This document shows, one piece after another, positions 38,167 through 49,600 of a stretch of DNA of 64,000 nt. A program made the position numbers and the translations under genes. The notes under the pieces are model-generated. The model made no database searches and was not told the origin of the DNA. It saw only the letters and a list, made by a program, of their open reading frames with translations. The stretch comes from Lingula anatina (lineage: Eukaryota; Animalia; Brachiopoda), in the NCBI GenBank assembly GCA_051362555.1, contig CM120644.1, positions 12,732,567-12,796,566 on the forward strand, in the 5' to 3' direction. The number at the start of each line of letters is the position of its first letter. Within the stretch, counting starts at the first letter, position 1.

Positions 38167-39064
38167 TTTTGGACTTCAAACTACATATCTTGGTAGAATG
38201 TATATTTTTTCTCATTTAGTGTTTTTTGTGAAATTTGATGTTAATAAAATGATACCATAGGTGCATATCATTCCACAGTCATTTATCTCCCCCAAAGTAT
38301 TGGTTCAAGTAGGGGTGACACTTCTATTGTCCAGTGTGTATAGGCGTGGGAATGGGGTCTAAGACTATTAAAAAATCTTCAGCTTTGTCTTTAGGCATCT
38401 GTCCAATTCTGTGGTACATGTAACGCTACCAGGCTACACAACTAAAGGACATGTTTGTCAGGCTTGTCAATAACTTCCTGTATGTAAATAATAACCCTGA
38501 TCTACACTGTGCACCATATCATGTTACTGTGCGCAGTATGATGTTATATACATGTATGCTGATATGAAAAACACAACAGAGAGCGATCTACTTTATAGGA
38601 ATAGAAAGGAGAGGTGGGGTGGGAAAAATGTGGCTAAGCAATCTTGCGCCACCTTTGCTTGATAACCTGGCTTTGACAGCCTGACCAACATAACACTTTT
38701 CAAAGTCAACTCACTTTGCACATGTAGGCAATTCTAACTTAGTATATATATATTTTTTTTGAAACTGAAGAGTGGAATTCAAACAAAAAACTAGCAGAGA
38801 AAGAACCTTTTGAAAGCCGACTTTCGGTCTGTTGCTTTATCGTTTTAAGCCTGACTTGAGGGATTTTCACACGTTAGGGTTTTCTGCTTAGATAATCCGG
38901 AAATAAACGTTGTCATGATATGAGATAATGCTGTCTAATAAAAAATACATCAGGGCGAATTTGCCAAATTGGCTCTTAATACGTAACAGCGGTGTTTTCT
39001 GGGTGAAAACTGTAAAATCGATTTCAAACAATACTCTCTCACCTGAACAGCTGTCGTCACTGTG

Positions 39065-39240
39065 CAGGCCCGTAGCCAGCAATTTCAAAAGGGGGGGGGG
39101 GGGGTTCTTTTTCTGAAAAAGTGGACCTTTTACCATGAAACCTTCATGTGCCTTGATAAATTTTTACCCAGAGGGGACCTTTTCCCAGCAAAAGGGGGGG
39201 GGTCTTTCGAACCTCCTGAACCCTCCAGGCTACGGGCCTG
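39065..39240. mobile_element. hAT-like MITE (CAGGCCCGTAGCC termini), copy 2
   Basis: Perfect 13-bp TIR CAGGCCCGTAGCC/GGCTACGGGCCTG, a perfect 5-bp flanking duplication ctgtg, and two internal copies of GGACCTTTT. Confidence 0.88.
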
Positions 39241-41484
39241 CTGTGGGAACGTTTATTTAATCATAACAATAAGTAAATGTACTACATGTAGGTGCATGAA
39301 AATTTTCGTAAAACCCCTACTTCTGATTTTATCAGAAGAGAGGTAAAATAATGCCTTTGTTAATGGAACATCGTAATAGGGGCTCATCCCTCAATCAATC
39401 AAACAAAAAAAAAAAATCAAACGATCGTAGTGCACACAATAGTCGTCAACCGTGTCCATAATCTTGATTAAACCTTACTTAATTACAGAGTTACGTCGAC
39501 AACAAAAAATATCTCACATTAACAAATAAAGCACATGTAACTAAACTGGCAACCCTGTGCTTCAATGTGAGTGGAATGGTGAGCAAAATTTGAAGTAGTC
39601 ATCACTATAAAGGTTTTAATTTATATTACACTAATACCAAGATAAGGATTCACATATAAATAATAAGGAAAACTATTTTCCCAGTGCGGGTATAAACAAC
39701 GTTTCGAACCCCCTTCATCAGTGTCGCACTAATGTCAGCTAAGTTAAACGATACCGGTTTATCTTAATGTGTATATTCATCATTGATTCCTGGTCGGCAG
39801 TTCTAATGAATGAAAAACGCCGTGAACCGACTGAAGTGATAACGAAAATATCTGATAGTTGTAAAAAACGCGAAATAGAATACTGAAAGAGGAAATTGTA
39901 AAAAAGATAATTTGAAGAGATACATCTTGCGTTAGATGATTTGTGTGTGTGTGTGTGTGGGGGGGGGGGGGGGTATTCGACAAGGGTATTCTAAACAGTG
40001 ACCCCTAACCAACAAAATAAACGTGATTCTTGTGGTATCCAGCCGTTGATTGAGTGTCATACACCGTCCGTCCAGTGACTTAAGCCTGCTTAAGTACGGT
40101 ATGAGTGCATAAATGTGTTCATCCAGCGGCCATACTTAAACCCGCGGCATTATCAGTGGAACATAACAGGAAATGACTTTGATTCCTCCTTTACGTCCAC
40201 CAAAACGCCTCTCTGTTCTACCCAAAGACGAGGTTTGAATACTCATGTCATCCACACATCCTTCTAACGAGGTCTAGCTCTTTGCTGGAAGGGCCGAGGG
40301 CAAAGTGTTAGCACGCGAATCCAAGGTGTATGGGGCGTGGAGTTTTCCCCGGGACAAATTGAAACAGTGTCGTGTGTCAACTGGTCAAGGATGTCTATGA
40401 AATGAGTGACACACGATTGCAGAGTGCTTCACGGTGACTGCTCTCTTATTAATAAGAAGTAGATAAGCGGCCGAGGCAAATGGGTGTAGATGGTTCGATA
40501 CATATCGTATCATCATGGCGAGAGAAAGCGTCTCTGCGATTAAAAGTGAATTAGCCATTGCAAATCAGAAACAGTTTTCAAGCACAGTGGCCATATTATC
40601 AAATCTGACAAATTGACAATAAATCATGGCGTATATCAAAAATGAATAATAAGAAGAAGACAGAATCTAGATATGATACGTGTTTTTTTTTCTTATACCA
40701 TGTTAAATTGGTTTAGTTTGATGATCACGAATTGATATCTCCCCGGACATGTTCATGTATTGGACATTAATCAAGACGTACGGTTGCAGATACATGTATA
40801 TCAAACCAATTACTATTTACTGTAAATTGAAAAAAATTCCTAAAAGCAAGGGCCTTTCCGGCAAACTGTTAATCATAGCGTCGATTACAAAGCAGAGGAA
40901 TTCGCACTACATATTCTTAATGATTCGCAGCTTGTAAAAAAAACGAAGATTCATTCCATATCTCACAATTTTATGCCAGTTTTAATTAGACTGCAATAAT
41001 TCATAACGGTGCTATAGCGAAATTTATATTGACTGATGTCCAAATGTTTTTACAAAAATATATATACACAAGACTGATAAAGATGGCCAATGGGAAATCA
41101 AAATATTTAACGTCAGTGGTAAGTTTTTGCCTTGTTTGTGGCAAAAGTGCTCTTGATACCTATACATGTACCAACTTGAACACAGATGTAGTACATCTAA
41201 TTGTCTGACAACTTGTACGCGCCCCTTGCATAATTGAATACCACCTTCAAGAACATAGCCCATATAATTTGCCATATCACCATTTGTAAAGTTTTTATCA
41301 GAATCTCTCAATCGCAGACAACACATTCACCAAATAGGCCGAATAAGCAGAAACGGCTCATTTACAAAGCAAACTGTCTCAGAAACCATTCCCAGACCCT
41401 ATCGTACTAACATTGGATCAAACTATCTCCGGAGGGATTCATAGATGTAGTACCACCTTTTGTTGCAATTAACCTGTTGCGGCT

Positions 41485-41627
41485 GATAGGGGGTAATTAA
41501 CTATTGTTTAGCAGCTCTAGTGGGCGTCCCAGACGTCTAAGCCGCTTGGGCTGAAAGCAATTTTGGTAGGGACCCCGTTGAGATGGACCGAACCTGTTAG
41601 ATCGATCTAGGGATGTAAACGCAGTCT
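41485..41627. mobile_element. single-arm fragment of the GATCGATCTA MITE family
   Basis: Aligns by eye to 36023-36125 (GTTTAGCAGCT...GGCGT..CAGAC...TAAGCCGCTT..GCTGAAAG...ATGGACCGA.CCTGT.AGATCGATCTA). Confidence 0.75.
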
Positions 41628-44140
41628 TATAGACCTGATTGGGCGTGCCACAAGTAAGGAAAAAAGACAAGTAAATAGATGAATCACGCCGACTTACCTG
41701 TTGGTGGATATGGACCTTCTTGGAATTTTCGATAACACAGGATTCCCTCGTACGTTGTTTCCATATCTTTATTGCTGACATTGAATGCCGCCTCACGCTG
41801 ATATATGTCTGCGCGAATCGGTGTCGTCTGCGTCTGAAATTGCACATTTCAAACTCTTAAGCGACATCTTTAGGGTTTTATTGAATATTGTTTTGCTTAT
41901 ATCAATGTCTACTAAACAATGACGAAAATGACAAACGTTTTCATTTATTCCTGGAATTGTTTGGCCAATAGCACACTTTTCTAAAAGATATTTTTGTAAA
42001 TTAAAATCTATTCATATCTGTCTGTTGGGCATTGTATTACACACTGGACTCTTAACCAATTTGAAAGGCATCCCGCATTTCAAATGCAACACAATATCAA
42101 GTTACAAAGACAATATTTTTTTATCTCCATTCTCGAAATTTCAATAGGTTACGCCCTCCGTTCAAACGGCCGTATGTTGTAATCTGAGCAAATAAGTTAT
42201 TATACCGATGCATTAATGAAGATCCACTATGAAGATATAATAAGTAATCTAAGCTTTCGGCCCCTCGGCGTTCTTCGGGGATTTTGTAATCTGAGTAATA
42301 CCGCTGAAGGTCCAGTGCGGAGTGCTCAAGGCATCCTGTAGGGCGCCATCTTGGATACCTCGTCTCGGTAGCCTTATCACATTCCAAATACATGTACATC
42401 AGCATTTAAGTAATTCGTTATGGTACACTTTATGTACACTTAATCTAGTACATCTCAGCAGTGCTTTCCCAGTGGTAAGAAAAGTAAGTTAAAAGACCGG
42501 TGCACTGTGGTGCAATGACTGAAGAAAAAAAATTAAGAAATTTGCGTTGTGCTCATCAATTTTCATTTACTCCATTTCACGATTTTAACTCGGAGAACCA
42601 TAAAGATAGATGCTGATGATATCGATTATGATGGATTGTTGCACAGTCTCAAACGTGAGTAGATACTGACTGAAAATGGACCAGAGATCATGATTATTAT
42701 CTATTATATCCAAATATGCATCATCGTCACCCGAAATAAATTGATAACTGAAACCTTGAAAAAAGATACATGTATTAGAAAAAAGAGAGGAAGAAAGAAA
42801 CGGAGATATGGACTAAAAGAAAACCCATTTTTGGTATTTTTCCAGCCAAAATGAAGAGTAATTATCTCTTAAACTTGAACATCTATTGCCTTTGGCCTTT
42901 GATGAAAATCTCGACCGACCAACTTTTATCATTATGGCAGACAGTAAAGGTGTAACCTACTGGTAGTTAAATCTCTGTTAGTTGATAGGGAAGTTAATGA
43001 CCCGCTATATATCACTTCGTTATATCCACGTCCCGTTTATTAGGTTCTAGATGCAAGGCAATCATAAAATGACCTATCCGTAGGCAAGTCTTTAATGAGT
43101 CGCTACCGGATATATGAAGGTCATCGCTGGTCAGGTGTTCAGGCGCGGTTACACTGAAGATGAGACCACCTTTTCCACTACACGATCGCTCTCCGATTAA
43201 GTCAAGTTTACCATAAGCAACCAATGTTTTTTTAAGGGTCAGTTCTCATGCTACGCATTACAGGCTATTAGCTGTCTCTACATCATTGAATTGAATCTTC
43301 CCTCCTACTTTTAAGAGCGATTCTTTGATTTTATGGGTATCATGATCCTGTACTATAGGGGCACGCGGCAGAGAAGTATTGCCTAATCTATCACGGTTTC
43401 ACGTCATATTGGTTACTAAACTGTCAATATAAATTTACCAGGAAATCAGAATTTTGCTTCTTGTTGACGCCAATTGTGGTTTTGTTAGTCACAGCTGTTG
43501 AGCAACAGTGTATAATTAGCAGATCATTAACGGTATCAAGTTCTAATCTTCCCCCGGACAGCAAAGTTCGTGAGTCATTGATGGTTAATATTTTGGCAAA
43601 AACAATCCTCCATACTTGTGTTTTTATGTTTCGGGATAAAGTCATTTTCGGTGTACGGTTCATCCCACTTTGAGCTGATTATTTTGCTGGGGGCAACCAT
43701 GCATCCTCTGCTAGTTAACAGCCAGATGTGTACTAGGAGCAGTTAATAGATATATTACACCATCTGCTGAAACACCATACAGAAAAATCGATGAAAAACA
43801 TTGACCTTTTAGTTGGGAAATCTTTAAATTTTAAATCAAAATGGAAACTATGCTTTAAATAGTGTTGCCCCAACCAGTGCATCACTGATAATGGCAACGC
43901 AGTCAATGCCGCTCACTGCAGTAATTGTTTGGTTAGGTGTTAATCGGCCCATTTACACGAACCCTTCTTCAATTAGGTGACTGGCGGGTGTCCCGAATGC
44001 ACGTGCTGGTAGTAAGATAAGGGTCCCTGGAGGGGGGCATTTTCGTAGAAATCAGGGAAGTTAATGTATCAATAGCCTTGATTCACATTTCACATTTGTA
44101 GACGGGAGAAGCGAAAAATAGCAGGCAGCGAGCAGTCTTC

Positions 44141-44316
44141 GGCCCAATTCAGAATAGGGGGACTAACTAGTCCGAGGGTCAAATATGGCTGGCCCACTTG
44201 AATACTTCCCCACGGAATATCTATTCAGTAACTATTAGCGGAATAGACGGTGAGCTTTGTAGTAGGTCGCCATATTTGACCCTCGGACTAGTTAGTCTTC
44301 TATTCTGAATGGGGCC
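44141..44316. mobile_element. MITE with ~50-bp TIRs (GGCCC termini, Harbinger-like)
   Basis: GGCCCAATTCAGAATAG..GACTAACTAGTCCGAGGGTCAAATATGGC and its reverse complement at 44268-44316. The TSD is not clean. Confidence 0.8.
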
Positions 44317-46505
44317 TTTGTCATTCTGGATCCTAACTGGCAATGGCTGAATGATCAGGTGTTATTCCATCGTTTACTCTATGTCATGGACCACAAGGGG
44401 CCATTCCAAAGCAATGTAGGCACATCAGGCTTGTTGGCAAAACCAGACCGGTTCGGCTCAATTGCAAAACCATGTGGGACCCATACATATATGTAATAAT
44501 ATTTTCAATGAATTTATGTGGAACTCATTACCCAACCTGACTGGAACATAGCGAACAAACATTAAAAGAAATTTCATCATTTCTTATCTTTCAGCTCTCA
44601 ATCATTATCTTTTAATGTATTGCATTTTCCATATTGATTTATCTGTGAAACGTACATGTATCTAAAATTTATCAGAACCAAATAAAAGTGAACGGTTTGT
44701 CATGTAGCATTTCATTAAAAATGTTTCTCACACGAAACTGCATGTTGCATTAACCTTACAATTAACCCAATGTAGGGATCATTACATCTTCAGAGGGAAA
44801 ACAGACTGGGAAAATGATTGGTTTACACGTGTTATCGCGCCCGTAGATCATTTTCATCATTATTGCACAAATCCTTAGAATGTTCTCCGGCGGATAGGAG
44901 GCATAACACAGAGAAACAGGTAGTAAAAAAACGAGTTTGGGCGTTTCCATACACCTGGTTTTGTTTAACGCGTCTAGGAAAACATGTGTTTCGGCATAAA
45001 TGTTGTACAAGCTAACATAATCTCTGCTTGTGTTGCCCATATTTTGTGTACCGAACATGTGATCCTTTCACCTTGAGTTTTACCTCATACAGGTTTCATT
45101 ATTACTGTTGGCACATCATGTCCTATTCAACGTGTCCTTTGTAAAGTGTGTGTACAATGTAACACATGTGGGTTCATCCACAATATGTAGGTACATTGAA
45201 AATAATTTATTATCATCAAAGAGGAAAGGAGTGTTCCCAAACATCCTATAAGCCTTAGCATTCTATTATTTAAAGGAGACCACCTCTTCATGATGGTACT
45301 TCCCGACAGTCGAATCTGTGCAAAAGTGAAGCCAAAATTATACCAAACACTATGGGCAAATATATTTAAATGTGGCTAATATGATGAGGATAAATCCGTT
45401 TTCTAGAATATTAAGGGTGCGTGTCATTAATCTTTTTACTGAAGGCATGTTTATGTTTGGCCCACTCCCCAAGTGTAACGCATCTGGATTTCGTATCTAA
45501 AAACATTGAAATAGTATTAAGCTCGATAGTCAACATATTTGATGTTCTATGATACTGAAAGGAGTCATAATTTAATTGTTTTTATGGCTGATTGTACTGC
45601 TGAAATGGTCTCTTCCTTGTTATATCTCCCAAGTTTTATCTCAATCAAACTTTGGCCGAGGCTAAAATGTTTTCAAAATGATACCCGACCGAGCATTAAG
45701 TCATCATCTATCAACGTAACGATATATACGAGGTATGCAAATCACCTACCAAGGCAAGCTTTAGCGAAAAGGTCGTAACACTTGGCAAAACACATCTGGG
45801 AGATAAATAGTCTCCTTCAGGACACCTTAGTTGTTATTCCTTTTTTCAGTTCAGCTTGCTCTGCCATGATATAATGATGCATCTGTCTTGCACTTAATTT
45901 CCATATGTACTTCCCGGTAGACGACTCGGCTATCTTAATACAGTAACACCAACATTGGTCGATGTTATATAATAACGTCTGTAATTAAAATGTCATTGTT
46001 CATTTGTTTGTATATTACAGGAACGATAAAAACAGTGTATTCAGTGTATTTCGATTAACTCTGTAGCTTAAGTAGTCCCGTAACGTTAATTTTGTATATC
46101 CAGTAAATGCAACTTAAAACGGGTATTACGAAATGTGCGGCAATAAAAAATCTTTAACGTATTGTAATGCATTGATAACATGATCTAAAGCAGAACTGAT
46201 CTTTGTGGGGAACAGAGATAAAAACTACAAAAAACGGTTTTTCATTACTAATTTTTTCTTCCCGAAAATCGGTAAAACCCGCTTAAAAAGCTGTACAGGT
46301 GGTTTATGGTCTAAAACTTTTGTCGAGTTTTGACTGATGTTTTTACTTTATTTAAACAATGCGCCTGTGTGTATGGGGCGTGGGGGGGTCTAGCCGCACC
46401 TGCCTGTTATGTTATATTGTGGCTATTTGCAGTTTAAAGGCAATTAAAAACCCTTCTTTGTACGATTTGATTTAGTGCACTGTGGTACATGTAACTGTGC
46501 CTTAC

Positions 46506-46625
46506 AGTTGTGACCAGAAATGCGTTAGCTGTGAAAATGAATGTGTTAGTTGCGACCAGCAGTGTGTTAGCTGTGAAAACTAATGTGTTAGATGCGACCA
46601 GCAGTGGTTTAGCTGTGTAGTAGTG
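46506..46625 (+). repeat. 21-bp minisatellite with alternating A/B units (42-bp higher-order period)
   Basis: Units AGTTGTGACCAGAAATGCGTT / AGCTGTGAAAATGAATGTGTT / AGTTGCGACCAGCAGTGTGTT / AGCTGTGAAAACTAATGTGTT / AGATGCGACCAGCAGTGGTTT plus a partial unit. Confidence 0.85.
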
Positions 46626-49600
46626 TGTATATCCCGCGATTGCATGGTAAAATACCTTTGTAAATAACAGTCTTCGGTGCGTTTATATGTCACTGGAAAT
46701 ATTGCACTTATTAAATATCAAGTAGCGGCCTCAAATAATGACATATAAAACAAAGATGGGACAGTATCTTATACCATATAATGGTTATATAGGAATATGT
46801 CACCTATTCCGTAAAGAACCTAGCATGTATTTACAAGATGTATTTTTGAACTCACAACATATTACAAATAGCTCTGCCCTGCATGGAAAAACTGTAGGGT
46901 GGCTGAAAATATCACTGAAGAGTGACAAATAGCTATAATTCAGAGGTCTGTGGAGTTAAACTCATAGCTGAGGTTAAGACGTGTACCAGAATCCATGATA
47001 GATGAAACGTAATGCCACAAGTGTGTAGAAAAAGGCCAAGTCAGCAATCAATCAACTTTTCTCATAGATAAATGGAAGAGCGCTCCAAAGCGATGCTGGG
47101 CAGTGATATTCAATTTATCTCCACAGAAATGTAACAGAAACTACACCTCATAGAAAAAAACGCGTTTTTGTCGTAAAAGAGGCAATAAACTAGTGTTGAG
47201 AGAAATTCCTTAGAACTTTCAAGAGTATAGATGGATTATCAAAAGTCAAAAGCTCGGGAAGTATATTTTTCCACCCGATATAATTTTTTTAAACTTTAAA
47301 CGCCATTTTCTGTCATATTGACAAGATCCAGGCTGTCCTTATTATTATTATAATACCTTTACTGTCAAACAGACCCATGCATATCTGACATTTGATGACA
47401 CACGCGGATAGGATCTGGTTCTATGATTGAATGTTTTTATCTTAAGTTATAACTTACTGTGCAGTTCACAAGTCACTATTTTTTTAAACAATTTCTATGA
47501 CTTTTAGACTAATTCTTTGTACACCAACACAGATACAAACACAAAGTACCTAGACAAAAGGATTAATAAGTTATTTATTTTTTCAGAGCAATATATGCCA
47601 ATGTTTTTCAGGGTGAGTTTAGATAAAGGTACTGAATAAATCGAATGCTTAATTAACCTGAAATTCAAATTCACTAGCTTGGCTGTATTTCAATCTTGAA
47701 TTGCCCTGTTGCATGTACAGTTTTATTCTACGGGTACCTCAATTTATTTTCGAACGATTATTTTTTAAGAAAAGATCGCCGAGAATTCAGTAGGCTCTCT
47801 GTCTTCTGGCCATAGGCACAATATAATTTGACCGGTTGGAGTCTTCCTCATCATGTTAACAGAATGCATAACAATACACTGGGCAAAAATATCATTGCAC
47901 TCACCTTTAATATAAGTTATCCTTATTCACTCGCGTCGCAGGGTAACTTTGCCTTTGAATCAAAACTACAAGCACAGAGTCCACGGCTTTGAATAATGCA
48001 ATAAAACTGATCAAGCAGCATCTTAGCTACGCCCACCTTGCTGCCAATGTCATGATGACAAATTACACAATGAATGAATTTCTCCGAACAATACAGCGTA
48101 CATCATCTCCGCCGAGTGGCCAGCATAAAAGTTATCACCACCGCTGGCCACTATTTGCCTCATACCCATTACTCCCTCGTTCATCAAGCATAAGTTATTA
48201 ACTGTAAAAATTCCTGAGTGCCCTTTAACGGCGTATTGCCTTCGTGCCTGTTAGGTTCCGCGCCAGAAACGTAGGCTGGCTAACTTAACTTAATCAGATT
48301 GAAGCTCTGGAATGATTTCCTCTTCACTACTTTACGATTAAGTGTCCTGATTACCGAATACAATTGATCTTTAAGAAACCTTTACCACCTTACAGATGAC
48401 GAAATAGGACTTAAAATAACATTTTCATTGCACGGGAGTGTTAAATGAGCGCCTGACATAGGGGGTACAGTAGAGTAGGCCTAGAATAATCGGTATAGTT
48501 TTATCAGTTATGTGACCCTGTCTGCACTGTGCTTTTTCATCTTCGTAATTGTATTTGTCACTGTATCACGGGGTTTAGGACTATTCTAATTTGAGCCGGG
48601 TGCTTCTCGAACCCCCTCCTTTCTTATAATAAACTACTGTATGTATGAGCAATCGAAACAGGTTACCTCTTACCGCTAACATATTGGACATCACGTTTAC
48701 ACATCTATAAAAACATTACCTGTCCATAAACTCCTAAGTCATAAGATGTCTATAAACAATGAATGTGTGATGGAGGTTATTCATATGAAAATAACTTTAC
48801 GTCTTTAAGCATTCACAAATATGCAAAAATATCAATCCACAATGCTCGTTTGTAGTGTGGTTTGGGTACTGTAGGTTTTAATATTTCAGTAAAATCCGAT
48901 GTATTTCATTCTTCACTTCCTTGAATGACATTATACACCCTTGGTACTTACTTACACAGAGTTCTGACGCAATGCTTTCAACTTTTGGAACTGACAAATA
49001 AATGAATGTGATTATAACGTGTATAAAGAAAATGCAGAAAGTATACAAAAACAAACCTTTAAGATAAAAAGGACCCCGCGTAGTTCGAACGGCTTTCTAT
49101 ATAATCTCCTTGCGTTGCACGCACACAATTCTGTGGCAGGTGAGAGCGAATTTGGAAAGGAGTCAAGAAACCGTTTCTGTTTTCAACAACAGAACTCCCT
49201 CACTCAGCTGTACTGTTATAAAACAGCATGATTTAAACATGAGAAATTTCCCCCACGTTGACAATGTTTCTGCTGGCAGAATATTAATAAACAATACTTC
49301 CCGTTGAGCCGGGAGTAGTCGACTCTGTATACTTCAGCTGCATGTCTACGTTATTTCGGCTGATATTTGGAATGAATGCAAATCTAAATGAATATAAATT
49401 AGATTTCTAGGACATACATCTTTGTGTGCTTGTTCGATTTTAGAGGCCGATATGTCATATGCTGAAATTCAGAGGGAGAAAGAGAGAGAGCCACGCTGGT
49501 ATGTTATGACTATTAAGGCTGGCTTGCCCTCACCGGGGCATTAACGGGCAGCTGGCAATAAATACCTCTCGCATTGCTATGGAGGGTGATTACAATTTAA

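Larger units (their letters stand above)
36126..38340 (+). mobile_element. Tc1-family (DD34E) DNA transposon, decayed
   Basis: ~30-bp TIRs (c/t)ACACACTGGACAATAGAAGTGTCACCCC at both ends, a TA duplication at 36124-25 and 38341-42, and an internal transposase remnant. Confidence 0.95.
35882..38359. mobile_element. palindromic PIF/Harbinger-like MITE interrupted by a Tc1 element (arms 35882-36125 and 38343-38359)
   Basis: TAA|GACCCCATTC...GAATGGGGTC|TAA. Removing 36126-38342 restores a ~260-bp near-palindrome centred near 36010. Confidence 0.85.
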
